In this document: one piece after another, positions 19,400 through 29,627 of the stretch
Layout: every line of letters begins with the position of its first letter
Numbering within the stretch: the first letter of the stretch is position 1
Assembly: GCA_965213625.1 (NCBI GenBank)
Contig: CBDBZU010000004.1
Location: 3,488,001 to 3,552,000, forward strand
DNA: 64,000 nt
Reading direction: 5' to 3'
DNA from: a bacterium
GTDB taxonomy: Bacteria; UBA8248
Notes under the pieces: model-generated
The model's input: the letters and a program-made list of their open reading frames with translations, nothing else
Database searches by the model: none
Told to the model about the DNA's origin: nothing
Made by a program: the position numbers and the translations under genes

Positions 19400-22300
19400 A
19401 TGAAGTCTGTCCTGACAGCGCAAGGCTGGCGCTTGATTGCAGCCGTGGCGTTCCTGATTGCCGCAGTTCTTTTCGTCCCGCAGGCGCATGCCAATGACGA
19501 CCTGCCCACAGTTACGATCGAGGACGCAACGGCCCGCGAAGGGTCGATAATTACCTTCGTCGCGCGTCTCGACAAGCCCAACCGCACCCGGCAGCTGCTT
19601 CGGTTTTCCTGGAAGACGAAGGGAGGCACGGCCACGCCGGGTCAGGACTACACGGACAGCAAATACACGGCCTCGTTCTGGCCTGGTGAGAGCAAGACGG
19701 AAATTCACTTGTTCACAACGCGGGACGACCTTGACGAGGGAAGCGAAACCTTCGAGCTGGTGGCCTCCGACCCGTGGCGACTCAAGCTCGGGAACACCAC
19801 GGCGACCGGGACCATTGAGGATCCGCCAAAGAGGTCGAGCTCGAACCTGCCTGTTGTCAGCGTGCTCCCGGGCGCGGGCGTTACGGAAGGTGAAGCCGCC
19901 CTGTTTACACTCGTCGCCAACCCGCGGCCTGCCAGGCCGTTGAGGGTCAGCGTCACTATCGCCCAGACAGGCTCGTTCGCAACGTCGGGCCAGACCGGCA
20001 GGCGGACCGTTACCATCCCTTCCCGCGGGCAGGCCAGCTTCTCGGTCAGAACCGCAGACGACGGGCGGAACGAGGCGCCCGGCTCGGTGAATGTGAGGGT
20101 GAATTCCGGTTCCGGATACCAGGTATCCAGCAGCGCCCGTTATCGTTCCACCAGCGTCGATGTGGCCGACAACGATCGGCCCGTCATCAGCATAAGCGCG
20201 GGCTCGAAGGTCCGCGAAGGAAGGGCTGCCAGCTTCACGCTGTCGGCAAGCCCGCGGCCTGCGGCGCCCATCGTCGTCAAGGTGGCCGTGACCCAGAAGG
20301 GCGAATTCGCAAGCCAGGGTCAACTGGGCGAGAGAACCGTCACCATCGGCACCGATGGCAGAGGGAGCCTCAGTGTCGCGACCGACAGCGACACGCGAGA
20401 CGAGGATGACGGGTTCATCATGGCAAGCCTGACCGGCGGCCAGGCCTATACCGTGGGTACGCTGGCCTCCGCGCGCGTTGTCGTGACCGACGGCGGCGCG
20501 CCGACGCCCAGGATCGGCGTCCGCGCCCTATCCTCCGCCATCGTCGAGGGCGGCACCGCCCGCTTCGAGTTGACCGCGAGCCCCCGGCCCGCAACCCCGT
20601 TGAACGTGCGGGTGGAGATCACCGACAGCGGCAGCTTTGCGAGCCAGGGCGAGATCGGCACGAGAACCGTGACCATCGGCACCACGGGCAGGGCTACAAT
20701 CGATGTAGAGACGGACAACGACCTGGTGTCGGAGCCCGACGGTTCACTGACCGCCAGGGTGCGTTCCGGCACGGGTTATCTCGTGGCCTCCTCCGGCCGG
20801 GCCTCTGTCCAGGTTCGGGACGAGAGCGTTCAGGTCCGGATCAGCGCCGCCGGGAACATCGTCGAAGGCGGCACCGCAAGCTTCACACTGACGGCCCATC
20901 CGGCACCGCCGGAAAGCCTGGTGGTGAATGTCAACATCACGGAGAAGGGCGGCTTCCTGCCGGGCGGCGCCTATGCGGAGACCATCACGGTTGGCACGGA
21001 CGGACGCCAAACCTTCTCCGTCGATACGATCCACGATGAAAGGGCGGAAGCAGACGGCGCCATCGTCGCGACCGTCGAGAGCGGCTACGGATACGAGCCG
21101 GGCTCTCCGGCCAGAGCGACGGCGAGGGTTTCCGACTCGACGCCGACGGTCACCATAGCCGCCGGCCCGGCCGTTATCGAAGGCGATACCGCAAGGTTTT
21201 CGCTGACGGCCCGTCCGGCGCCCAAACGCAACCTGACGGTGCGCCTCAAGGTGACCGAGGTCGCCGGCGGGAGCTTCGTTCCTTCCGATGAGCTCGGACA
21301 GAGGAATGTCACCGTCTACGCGGCCGACGGCACGGGAACCCTGGAGCTCTCCACCGAAGACGACCTGACGGATGAAGCCGGCGGCACCATCACCGCCGCA
21401 ATCCTTGCAGATGAGGACGGCTATTACCGGACCGGTTCGCCCAGGTCGGCCACGCTTCGGGTCAATGATGACGATCATGGCCGCAACGAGCTGACCGTGT
21501 CGGTCGCCGACGCCGAGGTGAAGGAAGGTGAACGGGACGATAGGGGCATGAGGAGGCTCGCATTCCCCGTGACGCTCAGCAAGCCGGCCAGCCACTGGGT
21601 CTCGGTGTATTTCCAGATCCGTCCCCGGGAAGAGGGCCCCGGAGTGACCCCGGCGACGCCCGATGTCGACTACAGGGCGACCGGCCACCTGGCGGCCCGC
21701 TGGATACGGTTCCGTCCGGGTGTGACCGAAACGTTCACTCATGTCGACATCTACGATGACGACGAATATGAGCCGGATCCGGAGACGTTCGAACTGGTCA
21801 TCAGCCGGGCATGGGGAGCGGAAATCGCCGATGGTCGCGCCATAGGCACCATCCTGCCCGATTCGCTGGACGCGCCGCGCGGCACGCCGGTGGTCACGAT
21901 CACAGCGGAAGGCGCTGTCGAGGAAGGACGGCGCGCCACCTTCAAATTGAGGGCGGCGCCCGCGCCGGAGGAAGACCTTGTCGTCAATGTAACAGTGTAT
22001 GACGACAGTCTCGGAACCCCGGAGAGCGACTATCTCGCCGAAAGCGACGAGGGCCCGCAGACGGTGACCATTCCCGGTATCGCCAACCCGCGGGTGGCCG
22101 CCTATTACGGGGACAGTATCGCAACCTTGACCTTGAACACGGTTGACGATGACACGGAGGAAGTAGGCGGCAAGATTTCCGTGCATGTCGATAACCCCAG
22201 CGACGGGAGCTATGAAGCCGGCCAGGAGCTCTATTCCGCCGAGGTCGGTGTTCGCGACAATGACGGACCGCCCTTGTCCGTCGCTCCGGCTTTCAGTATT

Positions 22301-24157
22301 GCGGATGCAACGGCATACGAGTCTGACGGATCGATCCGCTTCGACGTCACGCTGGATTCTCCCGTCCCACCGGGTGCGGGGCCCATGACGGTCGATTACC
22401 AGACCTTGACCTGGGCGGGGGGTGCCAAACGGGGGGAAGATTTCGAGGACAAGCACGGGACGCTGACGTTCTACGAGGGAGAATCGTGGAAGGAGATCGA
22501 GATCACGATCAAGGACGACCAGCACGATGAGGGTGCGGAGCACTTCCGCGTGTATCTGTGGAACGCGCAGGGCGGCGCCAGGATTGCCGACCATTCGGCG
22601 ACGGGCACGATCACCAACTCGGACCCGATGCCAGCGGCGTGGCTGGCGCGTTTCGGGCGCGCGGCGGCGGAACAGGCGCTGGACGGCATTGCCAGGCGCA
22701 TCGCGGCCTCGCGCACTGCCGGGGTGCAGGGCACGATCTCCGGACAGGCGCTCAACTTCGATCCCGGATCGCAGTCCGAGGTCGCCCGCGCCTTCGGCGC
22801 CGGTCATGGCGGCTTCGGCAGCAGCGGCCCTGATGGCTTCGGCTCTCTAGGCTTCGGTCAGCATCGCTTCGGCGGAAGCGGCGCGCAGTCCCGGTCCATG
22901 ACGGCTCGCGAAGCTTTGCTCGGCAGCAGCTTCACGCAGACAGGGGAGAAGGACGGCACGGGCGGCAGCTTCGCCTTCTGGGGCCGGGCGGCGCAGTCGA
23001 GCTTCGACGGCCGGGAGGGCAGCTTCTCGCTCGACGGCGAGGCGACCACGGCGATGCTGGGCGCGGACTATGCGCGCGGCGACTGGCTGGTCGGCATGGC
23101 GCTGATGCATAGCAGCGGAGAAGGCGGCTATGCAGACAACGGACCGGTTTCCGGGGCAGGCAGCGGTACGGATTCCGTGCGCTGTCCCCAACCTCTGGAT
23201 GCCGGGATGCGGAGGGTCCTTTGCAGCGGCGCCGTGCGGGAAGGCGACGGCAGTGTGGAGGCGTCGCTGACGGCGGCGGTGCCCTATGCCTCGCTCCGGG
23301 TCTCGGAACGCCTGAAGCTCTGGGGCGCGCTCGGCTACGGTTCGGGCGAGGTGACGCTCGAGACGGCCATGGGCGACCGCTATGACGCGGACACGACGTG
23401 GTCCATGGCGGCGGCGGGACTCAGGGGCGGCCTTTTGAAGCCCGGGGGCTTCGGACTCGCCCTTCTCGCCGACGCGCTGTGGACGCGCACGGATTCAGAT
23501 GAGACCGGCGAGCTTTCGGCCTCGCGCTCCGAGGTGAACCGGCTTCGGCTGGGAATCGAGGGGAGCCGTGAATTCACGCTCGATGTCGGCGTCGTTGCAC
23601 CTCGGGTCGAATTCGGGGTGCGCCACGACGGGGGCGGCGCGGAGACGGGCTTCGGCGTCGAGGTGGGCGCCGGGGTATCGCTCACCGCCGAGCGTCTCGG
23701 CCTCGTGCTCGACGTATCGGGCCGCACGCTGCTCGCGCACGAGGACGAGGACCTGAAGGACCGGGGGATATCGGCCTCGCTGACCTATGACCCGGACCCC
23801 GGGAGCAAACGGGGCGCTTCGTTCGCGCTCCGGCGCGACCTGGGCGGTTCGGCCGCGGACGGGCTCGACGCGCTGTTCGCCTCCGATCCGCTGGCGAAGC
23901 GCTCCGGCGGGCGGAGCGACGGCTGGCGCGCGGAGGCTGCCTGGGGGCTGCCCGCCTTCGGCGGACGCTTCACGGGTTCTCCCTTCCTCGCCTGGGGCTT
24001 CTCGGCCGGGGCGCGGGACTACGACGTGGGCTGGCGCCTCGAACCCGAGGCTGCAGGCGCCCCCGACCTCTCGCTCGCCGTAAAGGCCACGCGGCGAGAG
24101 GCGGCGGACGATACGACCGACCACGGCGTCGGTGTCGACCTCACCGCACGCTGGTAG
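19400..24157 (+). CDS. Large autotransporter adhesin with Calx-beta/Ig-like repeats
   Basis: GGAGAG SD; signal peptide ending AHA; three Calx-beta-like repeats (ATPGQDY, DDxxDEGxETF) and six ~100 aa repeats (VxEGxxAxFTLxAxPxP); C-terminal beta-barrel region ending in LTARW. Confidence 0.85.
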   Translation: MKSVLTAQGWRLIAAVAFLIAAVLFVPQAHANDDLPTVTIEDATAREGSIITFVARLDKPNRTRQLLRFSWKTKGGTATPGQDYTDSKYTASFWPGESKTEIHLFTTRDDLDEGSETFELVASDPWRLKLGNTTATGTIEDPPKRSSSNLPVVSVLPGAGVTEGEAALFTLVANPRPARPLRVSVTIAQTGSFATSGQTGRRTVTIPSRGQASFSVRTADDGRNEAPGSVNVRVNSGSGYQVSSSARYRSTSVDVADNDRPVISISAGSKVREGRAASFTLSASPRPAAPIVVKVAVTQKGEFASQGQLGERTVTIGTDGRGSLSVATDSDTRDEDDGFIMASLTGGQAYTVGTLASARVVVTDGGAPTPRIGVRALSSAIVEGGTARFELTASPRPATPLNVRVEITDSGSFASQGEIGTRTVTIGTTGRATIDVETDNDLVSEPDGSLTARVRSGTGYLVASSGRASVQVRDESVQVRISAAGNIVEGGTASFTLTAHPAPPESLVVNVNITEKGGFLPGGAYAETITVGTDGRQTFSVDTIHDERAEADGAIVATVESGYGYEPGSPARATARVSDSTPTVTIAAGPAVIEGDTARFSLTARPAPKRNLTVRLKVTEVAGGSFVPSDELGQRNVTVYAADGTGTLELSTEDDLTDEAGGTITAAILADEDGYYRTGSPRSATLRVNDDDHGRNELTVSVADAEVKEGERDDRGMRRLAFPVTLSKPASHWVSVYFQIRPREEGPGVTPATPDVDYRATGHLAARWIRFRPGVTETFTHVDIYDDDEYEPDPETFELVISRAWGAEIADGRAIGTILPDSLDAPRGTPVVTITAEGAVEEGRRATFKLRAAPAPEEDLVVNVTVYDDSLGTPESDYLAESDEGPQTVTIPGIANPRVAAYYGDSIATLTLNTVDDDTEEVGGKISVHVDNPSDGSYEAGQELYSAEVGVRDNDGPPLSVAPAFSIADATAYESDGSIRFDVTLDSPVPPGAGPMTVDYQTLTWAGGAKRGEDFEDKHGTLTFYEGESWKEIEITIKDDQHDEGAEHFRVYLWNAQGGARIADHSATGTITNSDPMPAAWLARFGRAAAEQALDGIARRIAASRTAGVQGTISGQALNFDPGSQSEVARAFGAGHGGFGSSGPDGFGSLGFGQHRFGGSGAQSRSMTAREALLGSSFTQTGEKDGTGGSFAFWGRAAQSSFDGREGSFSLDGEATTAMLGADYARGDWLVGMALMHSSGEGGYADNGPVSGAGSGTDSVRCPQPLDAGMRRVLCSGAVREGDGSVEASLTAAVPYASLRVSERLKLWGALGYGSGEVTLETAMGDRYDADTTWSMAAAGLRGGLLKPGGFGLALLADALWTRTDSDETGELSASRSEVNRLRLGIEGSREFTLDVGVVAPRVEFGVRHDGGGAETGFGVEVGAGVSLTAERLGLVLDVSGRTLLAHEDEDLKDRGISASLTYDPDPGSKRGASFALRRDLGGSAADGLDALFASDPLAKRSGGRSDGWRAEAAWGLPAFGGRFTGSPFLAWGFSAGARDYDVGWRLEPEAAGAPDLSLAVKATRREAADDTTDHGVGVDLTARW

Positions 24158-24175
24158 AATACGGCGGAAGCGGGT

Positions 24176-25402
24176 TCAGGGAGAGGACGCCCCGGGATAC
24201 CCCTTCAGCACGTCCGCCGCGATGCTCTCTGATACCTCGAGGGCTGCCTCTCTCACCGAATCGCGCGCGGGATGCGCGTAGCGCGCCGTGGTTTCGACCC
24301 GCGCGTGGCCGAGCAGCTTCCCGATGGCGGGCAGGGATTCGCCCAGCGCAAGCGCGCGCGAGGCGTAGGAATGACGAAGGTCATGGAGCCGCACGTCACG
24401 GAGACCGGCGCGTTCACGGATGATCTCCCAGGGGTCGCTCAGGTTGCGCATATGCTCTCCCGGGACCTTGCTCGGTATGACCCATGGATTGCCCGCAACC
24501 CGGGGCGCGTTCGCCAGCACTTCCGCCGCATCGGGCGAGAGCGACACGCACCGCGGGCCGGTCTTCGAATCCGTGAGCTTGAGTTCGCCCGCCTCGAGGT
24601 CCACGTCCTCCCAGCGCAGCGAGAGGATCTCCGACTTCCTGCACCCGGTCAGAACGAGGAGCCTGATGGCGGCCACGGCGTGGACGGACACGCCCTTGCG
24701 GACACCGGCTTCTGTGAGCGTGCGGCCGAGGCGGCGGAACTCCTCCGTGCTCAGGAAGCTCTCGCGCCTGCGTTCGCGGTTTCTCGCCACGAGCCGGCAG
24801 GGATTGATAACCCCCTCGGGCAGGCGGCCCCGGTCCACGGCCGCGTTCCAGATGCGCGAGAGCGTATCGATTACATGGTTCGCCATGACCGGCGTCGCCC
24901 GGAGAGCGTGGTGCAGGTCCGCCGTCTTCGCGTGATCGACTGCGAGCGCGGGCGTCCTCCCGAGCGCGGGCAGTATGTGTCTCTCCACGATCAGCCGGTA
25001 CATCCGGGCCGTCCTGGGCTTCCAGCGCACCGCGACGTGCTCCTCCAGCCATGCCTGAGCCAGCTCGCCCACCGCCGGGCCTTTCGCCTTGCTCACGAGC
25101 TCAGCGGGCTCCCCGCCCGACTTGACCTGCGCGATGACGTGTGCAGCGCGCCTCCGCGCTTCTTCCGCCGTGATCACCCCGTGACGGCCCAGCGTCACCC
25201 GCTTCGCCGGCCGGCCCCGCGCGCGCGTCTGCGCCACATAGAACCTGCTCCCCGTGGGGTAGACGCGGACGCCGAAGCCCGGCAGTTCAGAATCCCAAAA
25301 GACGGTCGATGATGAATGCGATTTCCCTATAACGTCCTCTCCAGGACGACCCTTCGCCCCCTCCCCGGCCAGACTCGGCCTTTTCGCGGCGTAGAGCGGC
25401 AT
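24176..25402 (-). CDS. Tyrosine recombinase/integrase; native N-terminus probably replaced
   Basis: FWDSELPGFGVRV, TGCR, DSKTG, HDLRH, LGH, RYAH. The first ~30 codons do not resemble the other integrases. Confidence 0.85.
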   Translation of the reverse strand: MPLYAAKRPSLAGEGAKGRPGEDVIGKSHSSSTVFWDSELPGFGVRVYPTGSRFYVAQTRARGRPAKRVTLGRHGVITAEEARRRAAHVIAQVKSGGEPAELVSKAKGPAVGELAQAWLEEHVAVRWKPRTARMYRLIVERHILPALGRTPALAVDHAKTADLHHALRATPVMANHVIDTLSRIWNAAVDRGRLPEGVINPCRLVARNRERRRESFLSTEEFRRLGRTLTEAGVRKGVSVHAVAAIRLLVLTGCRKSEILSLRWEDVDLEAGELKLTDSKTGPRCVSLSPDAAEVLANAPRVAGNPWVIPSKVPGEHMRNLSDPWEIIRERAGLRDVRLHDLRHSYASRALALGESLPAIGKLLGHARVETTARYAHPARDSVREAALEVSESIAADVLKGYPGASSP

Positions 25403-25779
25403 CTGCGGACCGCGATACGATTGCGCTCAGTCGTGCTCTTTGCGAACATGCGTGAGCACATGCGGGTGCGTTCAGGGGAAACTTGAGGAAGTCCGGCAGC
25501 GAGACCCGGGCGAAGGGCACTCTCACGAGAGGGAGACGCTGCCTGCCGGGGCCGGGCAGGTACATGATCGGAAATCGGCCGGTGCTGCGGCACCGTCAAA
25601 TTCTCGCGCACAGGCTGCCGGGTGGCGTCTGGCGGTGCCGGAACTACGGCTTTCATGTGGTGTTGATATAGTGTTGATTCCATTCCGAATCAAATGGCTA
25701 AAGAATTATCTATCCTGTAACCTATTGTAAATATATGAATTAAAAAACATGCCCCGCATGAAATCCTCCAAACTTCCAA

Positions 25780-26130
25780 GTCGCGAATCTCTCGATCGCC
25801 ACCGACGAGGGCTACGTGGACAAGCAGAGCGGTGACCGGGTGGACAAGACCGAGTGGCACCGGGTCGTGACCTTCCAGCCCGGGCTGGTGGATATGTTCG
25901 AAAAGCACGCGAAGAAGGGCCGCCTGGTCTACGTGGCGGGCAAGCTACAGACCAGGCGCTGGAAGAAGGACGAGGAGGACTCGGACCGGTTCTCGACCGA
26001 GATCCTCGTAGCACCTGGTGGGCGCGTCCAGTTCTTGGACAAGGTGAACGGCAACGGTAACGGCGCGCACGCCGAGACGGCTGACGTGGTGGCCACTGTG
26101 GGCGTCGCGGGCGAAGAAATTCCATTCTGA
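25780..26130 (+). pseudogene. ssb: 5'-truncated ssb
   Basis: Starts abruptly at VANLSIATDEGYVDK and lacks the first 28 codons of copy 1; ends EEIPF. Confidence 0.85.
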
Positions 26131-26137
26131 ACACGAC

Positions 26138-26171
26138 AAGGGCCGGCGCTACGGCGTCGGCCCTTTCATTT
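26138..26171 (+). terminator. Rho-independent terminator after ssb copy 2
   Basis: AAGGGCCGGCGC-TACG-GCGTCGGCCCTTTCATTTT. Confidence 0.65.
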
Positions 26172-26522
26172 TGCTATCGACCTGGAGGAAGCCTCCCCTG
26201 GCCCGAGAAGAAGGATGAACACCCGGCCATGGACGAGGCTCTCACCTTTCCCGCTCTGCCGGCTCTCTCGTCTACCGGGAACACTCGAGGAATCTCCGGT
26301 TCCGTGAACGGTAAACCGTGTTCACGGAAGATCGGCAGGCGCCTGCGACCACTCCATGCTCAAGACAGTGGCTCAGTCTACCCCCCGCTGCGGGAATTTC
26401 GGGCCGAATAACGGCCCGAAATGACCCTTTCCGCAGCATGAAGGGATGTTTCCCGATGAGCTTCGCCTTCATCGTGAAACACTAAAAACTCTTGTGTCCC
26501 GGTGGCGAATCAACTGTCTCTC

Positions 26523-26723
26523 TCTTGGCGTCCTCATTTTAGCACGAACGCCGAGCGAATAAAGGGTGGCCGCAAGCGGCCATCATTTGCCGGTACCCCC
26601 CAAAAAACGATGAACCGTGTTTTTCGGGAACCCCCCGGAAAATGACAGGCCCTTGATTCGCCCGCCTACGGGCATCGGAAACGTCACCCGATGCCCTTAC
26701 GTGCTGAAAATGGGACGCCAAGA
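26523..26723 (+). promoter_or_regulatory. Conserved multi-branched stem-loop, copy 2
   Basis: Outer stem CTTGGCGTCC (26524)/GGACGCCAAG (26713); inner GGGCATCGG/CCGATGCCC; ends ~35 nt before the DUF4326 start. Confidence 0.6.
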
Positions 26724-26757
26724 AGCGCATCCGTTAACTATCTGAAAGGAGAAAGGC

Positions 26758-27128
26758 ATGGAAACCACCGTGGTGAACCTGAACACCTATGTCGATGAAC
26801 CCGCTAGCGGCCTGCTGGTAAGGATCGACCGCACGACGAAGTGGGAAAATCCCTTCCGCGTCGGCGCCGACGGCGACCGCGACGCCGTCATCGAGAAATA
26901 CCGGCGATGGCTGTGGGAAAAATCCAGCGCGAGGAGCTGGACCTCCACGAACTCGCCGACCTCCACGGCTGCGAACTCGGCTGCCACTGCCATCCACTCC
27001 CGTGTCACGGTGACGTCCTCGCACGCGCCGCCGAGTGGGCAGCCAAATATCTCGACGAGATGCCAAGGGAAGTGGGGCGCAACGAGCGTGGCTACGCTCT
27101 TCCCGAATTCAACCATCCCCTCGCTTGA
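26758..27128 (+). pseudogene. Frameshifted DUF4326 gene
   Basis: TGG-GAAAAATCC here versus TGG-AGAAAAATCC in copy 1 (1 nt missing near 26917); the two halves fall in different frames. Confidence 0.85.
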
Positions 27129-27178
27129 GGACAACCGGACCACCGGCTGGAAAACGCAATCACTAAAAGGAGTGAACG

Positions 27179-28135
27179 ATGACTGCCACCGCGACTCACG
27201 ACAACAAGGAGAGCACCATGTACGAGAACGATCACAACGATGCCCAGCATGAATCCTTCACCGCCATGGTCTGCGAGCAGGCCGCCCTGTTCGGCGCGAC
27301 TCCCGGGCCTGATGAGTTCGACAACCGGCCCGTGTGGGACGAGGGCGAGGCAACCGCCGCCGTCATCAGGGCCTTCGGCGCACTCGCGGAAGCTGCGCCC
27401 GACGGCACGCAACTCGCGGATGAGCGAAGAAACCTCCTGTGGGGATTCGTCAACACACTCGACGCCCAGACACAGCGCCTCGACCGCGCCGCCGACAAGC
27501 TCATCCCCGGCATCCGCGAACTCCAGCGCGAGCAGGACGGCTCCGAGATCCGCTCCCGCGAACTCGAACTCATGACCGACAGGGCCAACAACCTCACGGA
27601 GCGCAGGGACGCCTTCGAGGGGTTGCGTGACACGGCAGCCGACGCCTACCGCATCGAGACCGGCGAGGTCTGGCGGCCCAGGCGAGGATCACACGTCTCG
27701 CAGACCGGCAAGCTGACCTCCGCCGTCATCGAGGCGCGCGACTTCCAGCGAGCCAGAAAGGACCGCGAGAACACGGCTCATCTTCCCCAGGGAACCCTCG
27801 TCGCCGTCGCGGGTGGCAAGGAGGCGAACGATGCGGGTAAAATCATCGCGCACCTCGACCGCCTCAAGGCCAAATACGCCGACGTCGTCCTCGTCCACGG
27901 CGGCGGCCCCGGTGCTGAGAAGATTGCGGCGGGATGGGCCGAGCGCAACGGCGTCCACCAGGTCGTCTGCAAGCCGAATTGGGATGCCCACGGACGGGCC
28001 GCTCCATTCCGGCGCAACGACGAACTCCTGGCACTCCTGCCCAAGGGCGTGATCGCCTTCCCCGGTTCGGGCATCACCGACAACCTCGTCGACAAGGCTA
28101 AAACCCTCGGCATACCCGTCCAGAAAGTAGCGTGA
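27179..28135 (+). CDS. DUF2493 (YspA/SLOG-like) domain protein, copy 2
   Basis: Nearly identical protein to 13845-14798. Confidence 0.82.
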   Translation: MTATATHDNKESTMYENDHNDAQHESFTAMVCEQAALFGATPGPDEFDNRPVWDEGEATAAVIRAFGALAEAAPDGTQLADERRNLLWGFVNTLDAQTQRLDRAADKLIPGIRELQREQDGSEIRSRELELMTDRANNLTERRDAFEGLRDTAADAYRIETGEVWRPRRGSHVSQTGKLTSAVIEARDFQRARKDRENTAHLPQGTLVAVAGGKEANDAGKIIAHLDRLKAKYADVVLVHGGGPGAEKIAAGWAERNGVHQVVCKPNWDAHGRAAPFRRNDELLALLPKGVIAFPGSGITDNLVDKAKTLGIPVQKVA

Positions 28136-28842
28136 CGTGAACACTCCACTGGTCGCATCGCCACACAGGTGGTGCGACCCGTGGAGTCTCGCCGACAAAC
28201 GCTCGCGTCACTTGCGCCCGCAACGATGTAGACTCCACCGGTCTTGCCGCAGGAACATCTCCCCGCATTGCTCCTCACGCTCAATCGCCGCGACGGCTCC
28301 CGCTCGCCATTCTCACCAGCAAGATTCCCCCATCGTCTGTTCTCACGAACTCGACCATCTGACGCCCTTCGGCGCTTCGGGTTACACACCGGAACGCAGC
28401 GGGCTGCAAGGCTCCGGCATACGACGACCTGGTTGCTATCCCGTCTCCTGTGGACGACACGGGGCGCCAGGCGCATGGCGGATAACATGTATGCTCATAG
28501 CATACGCAATCTTTCTCATCCCCGAGGGCGCATGGCTGCGCACGTCGCGCAAGGATACCAGTTTGGTAGTAATTGGTGGCGTTTCGTAACACAATGTATT
28601 ACGGCCCGTATTACGTTTGTATGCTCCCGATTCCGGCCTTTTTTCGGTACGACGAGGTAGCCACCTGTGCGGAGTATGCTCTCTCGGATGGCCGCAAGAC
28701 CCTCGACAAGGGACGTTGAATCGAGGATAGACGGTCCCGGAAAAGCCCGGGTTTTCGCCCCGAACCAAGCCGTCGGAACCCGGAAAGGGCGAGCGATGCG
28801 GTCCGTATCGCCACCCGATCTTGTCCTGAGGAAGCGAAAAAG

Positions 28843-29327
28843 ATGACGCGAAACGACCCGAATCAGTCCGAAAAAGGCAAAAGTCAGCGGAAAACCCGAG
28901 CGACCCGCGCCGGCCACATTCTATCCGCTTCTTAAGTTCTGAGTGGAATCTGGTTGTACAGGCCGCCGCGCGGCACGGCATCCCGGCGGGTGAACTCGTT
29001 CGCAACGGCGCGATGGCCGCCGCCGAGGAACTGCTGGACAAGCCTCCAGAAGCCACCCTGTCGCACGGTCATGCCGCCCTAATCGAAACCGTCTACCGCA
29101 TGGTCTACGTGATGGCGACCCTGGATCGGGGACGATTGCTAGACGCCGGGCGCGGGAAAGAGCTCGAAGACCTCATTGCTGCGGCCCGCAGGACGAAGGC
29201 CCGGCGTGAACGCATGGGGTGTGCTGAACGAAGCGCCGAAGGGCGTCCCGATACTGCTTCCTCGTCCCAAGACGACCGGGTAAAGGAAGTCGTCTTGTAT
29301 CAGGCGATTAGCCCGAGCGGCGCTTGA
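28843..29327 (+). pseudogene. Probably frameshifted ribbon-helix-helix (MobC-like) DNA-binding protein
   Basis: ATG 28843 with SD is out of frame with RRPHSIRFLSSEWNLVVQAAARHGIPAGELVR, an RHH-like pattern that runs into ORF 29013-29327. Confidence 0.45.
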
Positions 29328-29627
29328 ACGGATGCGCCCGCGCCACTCGCGTGGCCTGAGGCACTGCCCGTACCAAGGACCGTGGTGGAACCTGTGACAG
29401 CGGTGGCAGCGACTGGCCACGTTTCCAGAATGGCGACATCTTGGACGTGAACACTGAGGCTGCCGGCCATGTCGACGAGGATGTCAGTGCTCAATCTGCA
29501 GAACACGATGACTCTCCAGAAAAACAAGTCACACCGTAGACTCATCTGGAATATGCAAAGTTTGTTGCCCCATAAGGGGTTCTTCTGTAAATTCGCCCGT
29601 TGTTCGTGAGTTTATCAACAATCGGAT

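Larger units (their letters stand above)
25780..28408 (+). repeat. Copy 2 of the inverted duplication
   Basis: Same order as 13566-16137 on the opposite strand; more decayed. Confidence 0.9.

Noticed and set aside
20744-22807. 687 aa antisense ORF and many other overlapping ORFs in the track
   Set aside because: Shadow frames of GC-rich genes with no recognisable motifs.
10894-29327. Complete conjugative ICE
   Set aside because: No relaxase, coupling protein or T4SS genes, and no att direct repeats or tRNA target identified.
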